From assembly GCA_018697035.1 (NCBI GenBank), contig JABHSE010000002.1, forward strand, positions 155,160-219,159: DNA of 64,000 nucleotides, given 5' to 3'. Origin of the DNA: an archaeon. GTDB taxonomy: Archaea; Nanobdellota; Nanobdellia; Pacearchaeales; GW2011-AR1. Of this stretch, positions 51,678 to 60,936 are shown in pieces. A program made the translations under genes and the position numbers. Under the pieces are notes generated by a model. That model saw only the letters and a program-made list of their open reading frames with translations. It was not told the origin of the DNA and did no database searches. Each line of letters starts with the position of its first letter. Position 1 is the first letter of the stretch.

Positions 51678-53456
51678 ATGGTGATCGAATCTTCTAATCC
51701 AATCATAACAATGATGAAAACCGAGTGGCAACATCTCGGCCCAAACAAAAAAAGATACATTTTTTACATAGTTCTTCTAAGTATAGGAGGAATCTTTAGA
51801 TTAATTTCTCCATGGCTAATAGGAACGATATTCAATTCAATTCAAAATGGACAAGTCACAACCCAAACAGAACTCTATAATCTATTTTTTATGATTTCCC
51901 TGTTATTTTTCATAGAGCTAGGATTTTGGATTTTTCATGGAACAGCAAGAATAATAGAAATACTAACAGGGTTTACAACTCATAGAAATTATACTAACGA
52001 TAAAATAAGAAAAGTCGTAGAACTTCCAGTAAAATGGCACAAAGATAATCATTCAGGAGATACAATAGACAGAATAAATAAAGCAAGACTTTCTTTAGCG
52101 ACATATTCACAACATGAGTCATTCAAAATAATATCAATAGCACTAAAAATTTTTGGATCTTTGGGGATGATATTCTTTGTTAATGTAAAAATAGGCGCAT
52201 TCGCCCTCGCTTCATGTTTAGTGATTTTATTCGCAGCAATGAGTTTAGATAAAAAAGTAAAAGCAAGTTACAAAGAATTCAACAAATATGAACATCAATT
52301 ATCCGCTTCAATTTTTGATTACTTCAGCAATATAATAACAGTAGTTACATTAAGGCTGAAAAAAATAGTTAGAAAGAAATTAGATGAAAAAATAGGAATA
52401 AGTTATAGTGCCCATAAAAAAGCAACATACTTGATGACAATAAAATGGGGACTTGCAAAATTAGCAATAGTACTAATGACAGTATTAGCCCTAATTTATC
52501 AAGCTTACATTGATTTTTATATAACAGGTATGATTTTGATAGGAACACTCTTTATGCTTTACAGTTATCTAGACAGGGTGGGACAAGCATTTTTTGAATT
52601 CTCCCAATTCTACGGTTCCATGACAAAAAAAGCAGCCGATATAGAATCCGCCGAACCGATAGATGAAGCTTTCGGTAAAATAGAATCCCAACTAAAAACA
52701 ACCCTCCCAAAAACCTGGCAACAAATCGAAATCAAAAACCTAAACTTCACCTACAACCAAGAAGGAAGTATACAGCATCTGGACAACATAGATTTTAATT
52801 TCAAACACGGCCAAAAAATCGCCCTAATCGGAGAATCAGGTTCAGGCAAATCTACAATACTCTCCCTCTTAAGAGGTCTCTACCTCCCACAAAAAGCAAG
52901 TATAACTTGCGACGGAAAAAAATTAAAGCACGGCATCCAAACCCTAAAGCAATCCGTAACACTAATTCCACAAGATCCCGAAATCTTCAACGAAACAATC
53001 CGCTACAACATAACAATGGACATGTTCAACAAAGAAGCCGACCTAAAAAAAGCAATCCAAATGGCGCAGTTCGAAACAGTCGTAAACAGATTACCAAACG
53101 GAGTAGAAACCTCAGTTCAAGAAAAAGGAGTATCACTATCAGGCGGAGAAAAACAAAGACTAGCCTTAGCACGAGGCATCCTCGCAGCGAAAGACTCTGA
53201 TATAATATTACTAGACGAACCAACATCCTCAGTCGACTCAATCAACGAAAAGAAAATCCACGAAAATATCTTCAACGAATTCAAAGATAAAACAATCATC
53301 TCATCAATCCACCGGCTCCACCTTCTAGATAAATTCGACTACATCTACATGTTCGACCAAGGAAAAATAATCGGCCACGGAACATTTGAAAATATTAAAG
53401 AAAACTCAAAATTCAAATCCATCTGGAGAAGATATATCGGAAGCATGAAAAAATAA
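51678..53456 (+). CDS. ABC transporter, fused permease/ATPase (exporter type)
   Basis: 6-TM N-terminal half, Walker A GESGSGKST, signature LSGGEKQR, Walker B ILLDEPTS. Confidence 0.85.
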   Translation: MVIESSNPIITMMKTEWQHLGPNKKRYIFYIVLLSIGGIFRLISPWLIGTIFNSIQNGQVTTQTELYNLFFMISLLFFIELGFWIFHGTARIIEILTGFTTHRNYTNDKIRKVVELPVKWHKDNHSGDTIDRINKARLSLATYSQHESFKIISIALKIFGSLGMIFFVNVKIGAFALASCLVILFAAMSLDKKVKASYKEFNKYEHQLSASIFDYFSNIITVVTLRLKKIVRKKLDEKIGISYSAHKKATYLMTIKWGLAKLAIVLMTVLALIYQAYIDFYITGMILIGTLFMLYSYLDRVGQAFFEFSQFYGSMTKKAADIESAEPIDEAFGKIESQLKTTLPKTWQQIEIKNLNFTYNQEGSIQHLDNIDFNFKHGQKIALIGESGSGKSTILSLLRGLYLPQKASITCDGKKLKHGIQTLKQSVTLIPQDPEIFNETIRYNITMDMFNKEADLKKAIQMAQFETVVNRLPNGVETSVQEKGVSLSGGEKQRLALARGILAAKDSDIILLDEPTSSVDSINEKKIHENIFNEFKDKTIISSIHRLHLLDKFDYIYMFDQGKIIGHGTFENIKENSKFKSIWRRYIGSMKK

Positions 53457-53459
53457 ATT

Positions 53460-53789
53460 CTAATACATCAAAGACCCAACAAGCACAGTCAGATTAGCAA
53501 TAAACGAAAGCGCATAAGCAATCGTAATTGGTTTATCCTTATGCACAATTCCATAAATAAACCAAGGGATATTAAAGAGAGCATAAAGTCCCCAGGACAA
53601 ACTCGAAACTCCTGCCGCACTTTTTAATGCAAAAATCTGAAAAATCTGAGGCAAAGCAATCAACGGCCCAACAACAGCGATAACAATCAAAAACCTATCC
53701 AAAAACCGAACCCACTTATTCTGATGAGGATAACTCTCTAACTTATGATGTACTCTTTTCCTTTGATGTATATGATGTATCCCACTCAT
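53460..53789 (-). CDS. SemiSWEET/PQ-loop family small transporter
   Basis: 3 TM, with GPLIALPQIFQIF (the PQ motif) in TM1. Confidence 0.6.
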   Translation of the reverse strand: MSGIHHIHQRKRVHHKLESYPHQNKWVRFLDRFLIVIAVVGPLIALPQIFQIFALKSAAGVSSLSWGLYALFNIPWFIYGIVHKDKPITIAYALSFIANLTVLVGSLMY

Positions 53790-53819
53790 AGCAAGTTCTA
53801 CATAATTCCATTTAAGTAT

Positions 53820-54239
53820 TCATCGCATCCGTTTCTTAATCTCCAGAAAATCCAAGTACTCAACCCGAACCTTGCCACCCTTCCTTTCCTGCTTCTTACT
53901 CGCAATCAAGATCTGCGAAAAAATCCCATACTCCAACAACCAAGAACACTTCAACTTCTCCTCCCTCGACAACGTCCCATTCGTCTTAACCTCAATCCCA
54001 ATCACCTCAAACAAATTATCCCTCCTATCAAAAGCCACAAAATCCGGAAACCCAGTTCCAATCGTCATAACACCCTTACCAACTCCAAATCTCTTAAACA
54101 CCCTCCGACAAGGAACAACTTTTTTCAAATCCAAATCAACATTATTACTCCACTTATCAACGGTCCAACCCTTCTCCTCCAAATCTTTCCGAACTCTCAA
54201 CTCAAATTGCCCACCCCTAGCTCGACTCTTCGAACCCAT
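53820..54239 (-). CDS. Holliday-junction-resolvase-like PD-(D/E)xK nuclease (Hjc-like)
   Basis: GQFELRVRKDLEEKGW...GFPDFVAF...VIGIEVKTNG gives the E...D...E-x-K arrangement. The start at ATG 54239 is uncertain; the ORF is open to 54386. Confidence 0.5.
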   Translation of the reverse strand: MGSKSRARGGQFELRVRKDLEEKGWTVDKWSNNVDLDLKKVVPCRRVFKRFGVGKGVMTIGTGFPDFVAFDRRDNLFEVIGIEVKTNGTLSREEKLKCSWLLEYGIFSQILIASKKQERKGGKVRVEYLDFLEIKKRMR

Positions 54240-54401
54240 CTTAATCTTCGACTTCTTCTTCAAAACAACATTCCCATCATCCCCAACACTCGCCTTATAC
54301 TCAATTTCTTTTTCCGGCACCCTCAACTCCATACCTGACAAAAGCATCCAAGAATTATAAACCCTCCCAAAATATTTAAACATCAAAACATAAACAATAT
54401 C

Positions 54402-54590
54402 ATGATATCACTAGACAACATTCCAAAATCTGAAAGAACCAAAGAACTAGAAGATAAACTCCAAGAGATGTACGAAAATAGAGAAGAATTATTTCCAGAT
54501 TATGAAGGATACATTAATGAAAAATTAAGAGACCCCGAGGCACAAAAAAGATATCACGAAATAATAAACACTGTCCTAAACCAGATATAA
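54402..54590 (+). CDS. small hypothetical protein
   Basis: 62 aa, acidic/helical. No motif recognised. Confidence 0.35.
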   Translation: MISLDNIPKSERTKELEDKLQEMYENREELFPDYEGYINEKLRDPEAQKRYHEIINTVLNQI

Positions 54591-54755
54591 TCACAAATCC
54601 CGAGCATAAACAGTCCGCCTAAAATTCCTCTTCGCCCTTTCGCCCGCCTTCTTCAATATCCCATCAACCTGCTTCTCCAACTCAACCAACAAATCCTCAC
54701 CCAAATTCAAACCATCAAGATACCCTCGAAGCTTACTCTTATTAATCAACCCCAT
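54591..54755 (-). CDS. small histone-fold-like (DUF1931-like) protein
   Basis: Hand-translated 54 aa: MGLINKSKLRGYLDGLNLGEDLLVELEKQVDGILKKAGERAKRNFRRTVYARDL. The C-terminal R-x-V-x-x-RDL resembles DUF1931. Native composition. Confidence 0.45.
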   Translation of the reverse strand: MGLINKSKLRGYLDGLNLGEDLLVELEKQVDGILKKAGERAKRNFRRTVYARDL

Positions 54756-54786
54756 AACAAATCTAGAATATCCCCAATTATAAAAC

Positions 54787-55170
54787 TTACTCTAACCCAA
54801 CTTTATCCCGAATTCCCTTAACAGCTTCAATTCCAATCTCAAAAAACTCCCCCAAGTCAAGACCAGTCATCTCAATTTCCCGAATCAACTCTCGATTACA
54901 AGCAGCAGCAAAAGCCAAACTCTTAAACTTCTTCCGCAAACCCTTAACCTTCATATCACTAACCTTCCCTCCCCGCATCAAAGCATAAGCATATATGAGC
55001 CCAGTCAAAGTCTCCGCAGCAACCAAACTATACTCAATTCTTTCAGTCCTCTCCTTATCCTTCAAACTAGGAATAATATCCAACCCATATCCATGCGACT
55101 GCACAGTTCGAATAAACTCATCATCAAAACCTTTCTGCCTCAAAACCTCCTCAGCTTCAACACAATGCAT
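54787..55170 (-). CDS. HD-superfamily hydrolase, C-terminal portion only (HD motif region missing)
   Basis: HCVEAEEVLRQKGFDDEFIRTVQSHGYG...LVAAETLTGLIYAYALMR...FAAACNRELI aligns with the distal two-thirds of archaeal HD proteins of this type. There is no upstream coding sequence. Confidence 0.5.
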   Translation of the reverse strand: MHCVEAEEVLRQKGFDDEFIRTVQSHGYGLDIIPSLKDKERTERIEYSLVAAETLTGLIYAYALMRGGKVSDMKVKGLRKKFKSLAFAAACNRELIREIEMTGLDLGEFFEIGIEAVKGIRDKVGLE

Positions 55171-55270
55171 CTCCAAAGAAAGACTCCACTATAAAATCAA
55201 CCGCCTAAAAGAAAACCTAATCGACCCCTCCATAATCCTAAACTACCACAACCTAGACATCCCCTCCTAC

Positions 55271-55996
55271 ATGATACTCCTAGACAACCTAGAAGATTCA
55301 GAACTAGAAAAAATAAAACGAGAAGCTCCAATATTCGCACTATTCCAAGCAGTCGGCAAATACAACTACATCATCTACGCAATCACAGAAGACATCAATT
55401 CATTCTGCCAAGAATTCTTGTCATCAGAGCACTTTCAAATTTACCCCATAATAAGTTCTATACCAGATAACTACAATCCCTTCGACCTCCAAGTAAAGCA
55501 TCCCGAACCAATCAAAGAAGACAAAAAACTAATCCTAGACAAAAAAGATTACAAGCTCCTATATCACCTATCAAAATCCCCACTTTCACCAACAATAAAG
55601 CTAAGCGAAGAAACAGGGCTAGACCCAAAAACCATAAAGCTCCGAATAGAAAAAATGATAGACGCAAATTTAATTCAAAAAATAAGATTCGCCGCAAACA
55701 TCTTCAAAATAGGAGTCACCGCATATTTCGTGAAACTAGACATCATCCCAAAAAACAAACAAAAAATATTAACCACAATCCGAGCAAATAACTACTCTGG
55801 CTTCGTCTACGAAACCCACACCGGATTCTTCCTCTGGTATATGCCACCTTCCCACGCCGAACTTTTCGAATTTACCAAAACCTTAGAACACCTAGATAAA
55901 ACAATAAAAATAGACGCCATGCAATCAGTAGACATCCTAAAAATAGAAACCGTCCCAAAAGCCGTCCTAGAAATCTTCAAACAAAAATATCAATAA
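55271..55996 (+). CDS. Lrp/AsnC-like regulator; in-frame upstream remnant lacks a start codon
   Basis: LDKKDYKLLYHLSKSPLSPTIKLSEETGLDPKTIKLRIEKMIDANLIQKIRF is an HTH_AsnC, followed by a RAM-like domain. First ATG is at 55271. In-frame KERLHYKINRLKENLIDPSIILNY upstream looks like the tail of a second, decapitated HTH. Confidence 0.5.
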   Translation: MILLDNLEDSELEKIKREAPIFALFQAVGKYNYIIYAITEDINSFCQEFLSSEHFQIYPIISSIPDNYNPFDLQVKHPEPIKEDKKLILDKKDYKLLYHLSKSPLSPTIKLSEETGLDPKTIKLRIEKMIDANLIQKIRFAANIFKIGVTAYFVKLDIIPKNKQKILTTIRANNYSGFVYETHTGFFLWYMPPSHAELFEFTKTLEHLDKTIKIDAMQSVDILKIETVPKAVLEIFKQKYQ

Positions 55997-56008
55997 TTCC
56001 TCCCCCCT

Positions 56009-56034
56009 TCCGTGCTCGTCCGTGTAATCCGTGG
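56009..56034. repeat. TCCGTG hexamer x3 at a 10/9-nt period
   Basis: TCCGTG at 56009, 56019 and 56028, in a convergent intergenic region. Confidence 0.7.
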
Positions 56035-56065
56035 CTAAAAAATTAACAACCACTCCCAAAACCAA

Positions 56066-56428
56066 TCACCCAAAAACCCGCCTCTTAAAATCAGCCTTCT
56101 TCCCAAAATTAAATAACAATCCAACACTCTTCCCAGTCCCCTTCAAGTAATTCAACAACTGAGCATCATCAAAAGAATCCAAATCCTTCTTAGCCTTAAT
56201 CTCAACAACAACCTTATCTTCCACAATAAAATCAGCAATATAATCCCCAGCAATTTCCCCTTTATAGCGAACCTCAATAGGAACCTGTTTCCCAAAATTA
56301 ATTCCCTGCCTAGTAAACTCAAGTGCCATAGCATTCTCATAAACTTTCTCTAAAAAACCAGGACCCAATGTTCGATAGACCTCATAAAAAACACCAATTA
56401 TCTTTTCTGTTATATCTTCATGTTTCAC
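56066..56428 (-). CDS. GxxExxY family protein (PD-(D/E)xK-like)
   Basis: EKIIGVFYEVYRTLGPGFLEKVYENAMALEF...DFIVEDKVVVEIKA is the family signature. Confidence 0.8.
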   Translation of the reverse strand: MKHEDITEKIIGVFYEVYRTLGPGFLEKVYENAMALEFTRQGINFGKQVPIEVRYKGEIAGDYIADFIVEDKVVVEIKAKKDLDSFDDAQLLNYLKGTGKSVGLLFNFGKKADFKRRVFG

Positions 56429-56525
56429 AAAAAAGAAAACGCAAGGGTATTAATAAAACTTATTACAAGGCCAATCTTTCAAACTCTCCGACGGCATCCC
56501 CACCAACATCCAAAAATATACAAAC

Positions 56526-58016
56526 TCATTTCAGAGTCCCAATCAATTTAACAATTCTATCCTGTCCAACAGATAAAATCAAACTAGCCAACCTCGGGCC
56601 CTTCGACTTCCCGATAATCGCCCGATAACAAGCATCAAAAAACTCAGTATTACTAAGCCCACTCTTCTCACAAATATCATAAAACCTATCAAACAATTCC
56701 TTTTCATCAAACTCTTTCTCCCTCAAAATATCCTTCAACATAACCAAAGCTGCCTTCTCCTTATCACTAAACTTCCCCTCAATCTTTCCTCGAACTTCAA
56801 ACTTCATATCATCTCCAGCATACTTCTCAAGCCAAGCAGCAACTTTTTCCACACGAATCTTGTCATAATCATTCAAACCCTCAGTCCTCCCAATTTGAAC
56901 AGAATTAATAAGCCCCTTAAACCCGGCCCTCTTAGGTCTTTCTTTTGGAATCTCGACAATAGACATTTCATACATCCGCTTCTCCTTAGGATTACAATTA
57001 CCATCAAAATACTTTTTCTCAAGAGCATCAAACTTCTCATAGATACTAATAACATCATTATCAAAACTAATTTGAAAAACACTCTTCGGCTTAATCCCAA
57101 CAAACAAATATCTCAAAACCACCGGCTCATAAACCTCCCCAACCTCAGCCAAACTCAAAGCATTCCCACTAGAACTACTAAACGCCTCACCACCCTTAAT
57201 ATTAATCCATTCATAAGTCTGCTTTATCGGCCCATCAATCCCAAAAACCTTCTTGGCAATCTTATGCCCCGTCATCCTGGACCCACCATAAACATCATGA
57301 TCAATCCCGGAAGGCTCAAAATCAACATCCTCATATTTCCACCGAGCAGGCCAGTCCACCCTCCACACCAGCTTCACAATACCCTTCTTCCTAATGTCAA
57401 AAGTCTCACCAAATCCACACTCACATTCATAAGAAACATTATAGTCATCAATCTTAGTTATCTTAGTCAAGTCCTTCTTGCACTTATCACAATAAACCAT
57501 AATCGGCAACCAAGAATCCACCAAAGACTCCTTCCTAAACTTATTCAAAATCTCCTTAATATCATCCACACTATCAAGCGCAACCTTAATGAACTCAGCA
57601 TAAGCACATTTTTTATTCATCTCATTCTGCCTAATAAAAACAGGATTAACAAGAGCACTCTTCAAAGAATCCTCAAACTTCTTCTCGTTATATTCAGCAT
57701 AGCTCATCGAATCATCATGCGGAGAAGGAATCTCACTAATCGGCATCCCAAGATACTTCTCGTATTCTTCTGGAACACCCTTAGGCACTTTCCGAAACCT
57801 ATCAAAATCATCCCACGAATAAATAAACCGAACCTTTTTCCCCTTAGCCTCCAAAGCCTTCACCACCATATCAGTAGTAATCACCTCACGAAAATTTCCA
57901 ATATGAACCTGCCCCGAAGGCGTAATCCCAGAAGCACAGACATACTCAGCCTTATCTCCTTTCTCTTTGATTATTCTATCCGCAATACCATCAGCCCAAA
58001 AAAACTTATCTGCCAT
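56526..58016 (-). CDS. lysK: lysyl-tRNA synthetase, class I
   Basis: ASGITPSGQVHIGNFREVITTDMV (HIGN) and the overall class I LysRS layout. Confidence 0.85.
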   Translation of the reverse strand: MADKFFWADGIADRIIKEKGDKAEYVCASGITPSGQVHIGNFREVITTDMVVKALEAKGKKVRFIYSWDDFDRFRKVPKGVPEEYEKYLGMPISEIPSPHDDSMSYAEYNEKKFEDSLKSALVNPVFIRQNEMNKKCAYAEFIKVALDSVDDIKEILNKFRKESLVDSWLPIMVYCDKCKKDLTKITKIDDYNVSYECECGFGETFDIRKKGIVKLVWRVDWPARWKYEDVDFEPSGIDHDVYGGSRMTGHKIAKKVFGIDGPIKQTYEWINIKGGEAFSSSSGNALSLAEVGEVYEPVVLRYLFVGIKPKSVFQISFDNDVISIYEKFDALEKKYFDGNCNPKEKRMYEMSIVEIPKERPKRAGFKGLINSVQIGRTEGLNDYDKIRVEKVAAWLEKYAGDDMKFEVRGKIEGKFSDKEKAALVMLKDILREKEFDEKELFDRFYDICEKSGLSNTEFFDACYRAIIGKSKGPRLASLILSVGQDRIVKLIGTLK

Positions 58017-58048
58017 AAATCACTCAACCAAAACTAATTTATATATCT

Positions 58049-58327
58049 TTAGAATTTCAAAATCTTAAACTCACTAAAATCCCCACTCCACTTCTTCTCC
58101 TCAACCTTAACTCCACGAATTTGCGCATGCTCAGGCCCAGTCTTCAAAAACTCATTCAACCTCCCCAAACCCTCCGCCTCACCCTCAGCAATAACCTCAA
58201 CCTCACCACTCTCCAAATTCCTCACAAATCCCCTCAACTTCAACTCATCAGCATGCCCCTTAACAAACTGTCTAAAAAAAATCCCCTGAACAGTTCCCTG
58301 CACCACAAACCTCGCCGCTTTCTTCAT
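58049..58327 (-). CDS. acyP: acylphosphatase
   Basis: VVQGTVQGIFFRQFVKGHADELKLRGFVRNLESGEVEVIAEG. Confidence 0.8.
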   Translation of the reverse strand: MKKAARFVVQGTVQGIFFRQFVKGHADELKLRGFVRNLESGEVEVIAEGEAEGLGRLNEFLKTGPEHAQIRGVKVEEKKWSGDFSEFKILKF

Positions 58328-58425
58328 AAAACAAAAAAGCATCACCTCTTTTTATTCCTTCCTATAAAGTGTCCATGAGAAATACGGAGTCGAAGACTGC
58401 GCAATTTTTCATGGAATAAATCTTC

Positions 58426-58460
58426 TCCTAACCCCCAACTCCTAACCCCCAACTCCCAAC
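58426..58460. repeat. five-unit heptamer array TCCTAAC CCCCAAC TCCTAAC CCCCAAC TCCCAAC (intergenic copy)
   Basis: Read directly. Abuts the trmY stop codon, upstream of acyP. Confidence 0.9.
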
Positions 58461-59038
58461 TAACTTGACCTTCGATCAAGTTCATTATGCAAAATCACCG
58501 CAACCTGACTAGCAAACAAAACCCTCGGCCCAACACTAACCCCATCCACTCTCTTCAAAAATTTCTTCATCCCACTCGGAAACCCATCATGATCCCCAAT
58601 CACAAAAACAGCATCCTCTAGCTCAATCTCCCGAACATCCTTCCCCCTACCATCAAGCAACAAAACATTCTTCCCTTCCTTATCTAAATCCATCAAAACC
58701 TTCTCAAAACCCTTCCTCTCAATCGAACACCCCGGCACAATCTCCCGCAACCCCTCTTCATCCTTAGCCTTATATAACATCCGCTTAATCAACCCCGCAA
58801 CATTCTTCTTGCTTATCGGCATCTCCGAGTTACTCTCCATCACAATATGTCGCGGATTATTAGGCCCCCCATCAAAAATCAAATGTAACCGAACATTCTC
58901 CCTCATCGCATTAGAGACAAAAAACACACTCACAATAAAATTACAAACAATATCCATCCTCCCAGCCTGCATCAAATTATCCCCAATCAAATTCCCAGCT
59001 GTAACAGCATTCGCCGAATAGTAAACAAATTCTCTCAT
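58460..59038 (-). CDS. trmY: tRNA (pseudouridine54-N1)-methyltransferase TrmY (SPOUT, DUF358)
   Basis: MREFVYYSANAVTAGNLIGDNLMQAGRMDIVCNFIVSVFFVSNAMRENVRLHLIF. Confidence 0.75.
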   Translation of the reverse strand: MREFVYYSANAVTAGNLIGDNLMQAGRMDIVCNFIVSVFFVSNAMRENVRLHLIFDGGPNNPRHIVMESNSEMPISKKNVAGLIKRMLYKAKDEEGLREIVPGCSIERKGFEKVLMDLDKEGKNVLLLDGRGKDVREIELEDAVFVIGDHDGFPSGMKKFLKRVDGVSVGPRVLFASQVAVILHNELDRRSS

Positions 59039-59124
59039 AATGTATAAAGAGAAAATAGGTTTAAAGTGTTTTCTAAGACAACACAGAACAAATAATTTTT
59101 AAGTCGGCATACTTTTAGAATAGA

Positions 59125-59658
59125 ATGAGAATATTCCTAATTGGACCAGGAGGAGCCGGGAAGTCTACTTGCGGAAAAATATTGGCAGAAAGGATAGGAT
59201 ACAGGTTTATTGATTTAGATATAGAATTTTGTGACAAAATTGAAAACATTGGAGATTACATTTTAACGAAAGGCTATAAAAAATATTGTTTTGAAAATTC
59301 TAAACTATTCTATGAGCTCTTGAATAAAAATACAAAAGATGTCATTTTCTCCTTATCTTCAGGATTTTTAGTTCATAAAAACTTAGATGAATTAACATCA
59401 AGGCATAAACAAACCTTGAAAAATTCTGGTACATCTATTCTCTTTTTACCATCTACATCTCTAAATAAAAGTACAAAAATTATATTAGAAAGGCAACTTT
59501 CAAGAGGTTTTGGACTAAAGGAAAATAGGGAAAAAATAAAATTTATAAGACGTTTTAAATTATATAAAGAACTTGGAGACATAAAAATTTTTTCACATGA
59601 AAAACCTCAAGTTATAGTTGAAAAAATAGTAAAACAATTAAACCTATCTAAAACCTAA
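59125..59658 (+). CDS. P-loop kinase, bacterial shikimate-kinase-like (compositionally foreign)
   Basis: MRIFLIGPGGAGKSTCGKILAERIGYRFIDLD. G>C and low GC on the plus strand. The 3' end overlaps rbcL by 11 nt (convergent). Confidence 0.55.
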   Translation: MRIFLIGPGGAGKSTCGKILAERIGYRFIDLDIEFCDKIENIGDYILTKGYKKYCFENSKLFYELLNKNTKDVIFSLSSGFLVHKNLDELTSRHKQTLKNSGTSILFLPSTSLNKSTKIILERQLSRGFGLKENREKIKFIRRFKLYKELGDIKIFSHEKPQVIVEKIVKQLNLSKT

Positions 59659-60922
59659 CCTTTCCCCAATACTCCATAGCATCCCAAAGCTCCTTATGAC
59701 TCCTTCCATAATGCTCCAGAGTCTCACCTTTCATCACAGAGTCCACCGCCTGCCTCATCGCAACCGCACCAACTCGAGTCCCATCCGGATGCCCATGACA
59801 CCCACCACCAGCCTGAATAATAATATCCTTCCCAAAGTTCTTCATTAAATAAGGTATATGTCCCGGATAAATCCCGCCACTACAAACAGCAAACGTCGGC
59901 TTCAGTCCCTGCCAATCCTGCTCCAACCTATGCGCCGTCTTATCAACCCTCATCGCCTCAATCTCCTCTCGTATCTCAGCTACCTCTCTCTTCCCACCTC
60001 TCATCTTCCCAATACCAGTTCCAATATGCAAACTGTCCGACCCAGCCATCCGCGCAAAGTCAGCAACACACATCATAGAAAGCCCATGTTCTGGGTTCTC
60101 AGTAAAAGCCCCATGCATCGCCCGATGCGAATGAATCCCAAGCTTCGAATGTTGCCTCAAAGTTTCAAGACTACTAAATCCAGCCGTAATAACATCATGC
60201 ATAACAAATTTACCTCCAAGCTCCTTGACGATGTCAGCTCTCTTCAACATCAACATAGCCTCAGCAGTCACATTAATCAAATATCCTTTCTTCTCGCCAA
60301 CCTCTTCCGCCGCCTTATCACACATTTCCAAAGTCTTAGCAGCCCGCTTCTCAAACGGATTAAACTTCTGACTAGATAAATTTTCATCATCCTTAACCAA
60401 ATCACATCCTCCAACCCAAGCCTCGTAAGCAACCTTCGCATGATCCTTTGTCTTTAGCCCCAACTTAGGCTTAACAATAGTCCCAACTAAAGGTCTATCT
60501 TTAACTTTCAAAATCTTCCGATATCCTTCAACCCCAAACCTCGGTCCAGGAAAACTCTTCAACAACTTAGCAGGCAACTTAACATCTTCAAGTCGAAGCC
60601 CCTTAACACACTTCATCCCAAAAACATTCCCAGCAACACTTGATAGAATATTAGAAACCGAATTCTCCTCAAACAACTCCTGTGGATAAGCAACCTTAAC
60701 CCAATTCCCACTAATCGCATATGCCTTCGCCCCAAGCCGATTAACATATTTCTTATTAGACGAAACCTCACACCAAGTCCCCGTACTACTTTCCAAAGCA
60801 ACATTATTAATTGCCTCCTTGATACTCATAGAATCCGGCGTCACACGAAACAAACAAACCAAATCATTACGAGTCGGCTTATAACTCTGATCAACAAAAG
60901 GATACTTACGATTAATCACCAT
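59648..60922 (-). CDS. rbcL: ribulose-1,5-bisphosphate carboxylase, form III large subunit
   Basis: LVGTIVKPKLGLKTKDHA, GGCDLVKDDENL, HSHRAMHGAF, GGGCHGHPDG. Confidence 0.9.
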   Translation of the reverse strand: MVINRKYPFVDQSYKPTRNDLVCLFRVTPDSMSIKEAINNVALESSTGTWCEVSSNKKYVNRLGAKAYAISGNWVKVAYPQELFEENSVSNILSSVAGNVFGMKCVKGLRLEDVKLPAKLLKSFPGPRFGVEGYRKILKVKDRPLVGTIVKPKLGLKTKDHAKVAYEAWVGGCDLVKDDENLSSQKFNPFEKRAAKTLEMCDKAAEEVGEKKGYLINVTAEAMLMLKRADIVKELGGKFVMHDVITAGFSSLETLRQHSKLGIHSHRAMHGAFTENPEHGLSMMCVADFARMAGSDSLHIGTGIGKMRGGKREVAEIREEIEAMRVDKTAHRLEQDWQGLKPTFAVCSGGIYPGHIPYLMKNFGKDIIIQAGGGCHGHPDGTRVGAVAMRQAVDSVMKGETLEHYGRSHKELWDAMEYWGKVRF

Positions 60923-60936
60923 CTTAACATAATAAG

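Noticed and set aside
54995-55270. Upstream part of the 333-aa plus ORF
   Set aside because: The first ~180 nt are antisense to the HD gene. The remainder has no start codon, so it is treated as a remnant (see finding).
56895-58037. 380-aa plus-strand ORF, the longest of many P/N/L/I/H/T-rich plus-strand ORFs (also 26136..26696, 8267..8821, 53745..54338, 53872..54360, 59858..60379, 62484..63044)
   Set aside because: It is antisense to a well-supported gene (class I LysRS). It is low-complexity, and it exists only because the G-poor plus strand lacks TGA/TAG stops.
58426-58460. Telomere-like repeats (minus strand GTTGGGG/GTTAGGA resembles TTGGGG/TTAGGG)
   Set aside because: The arrays are internal, only 4-5 units long, often inside ORFs, and flanked by ordinary genes. 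Nothing indicates a chromosome end.
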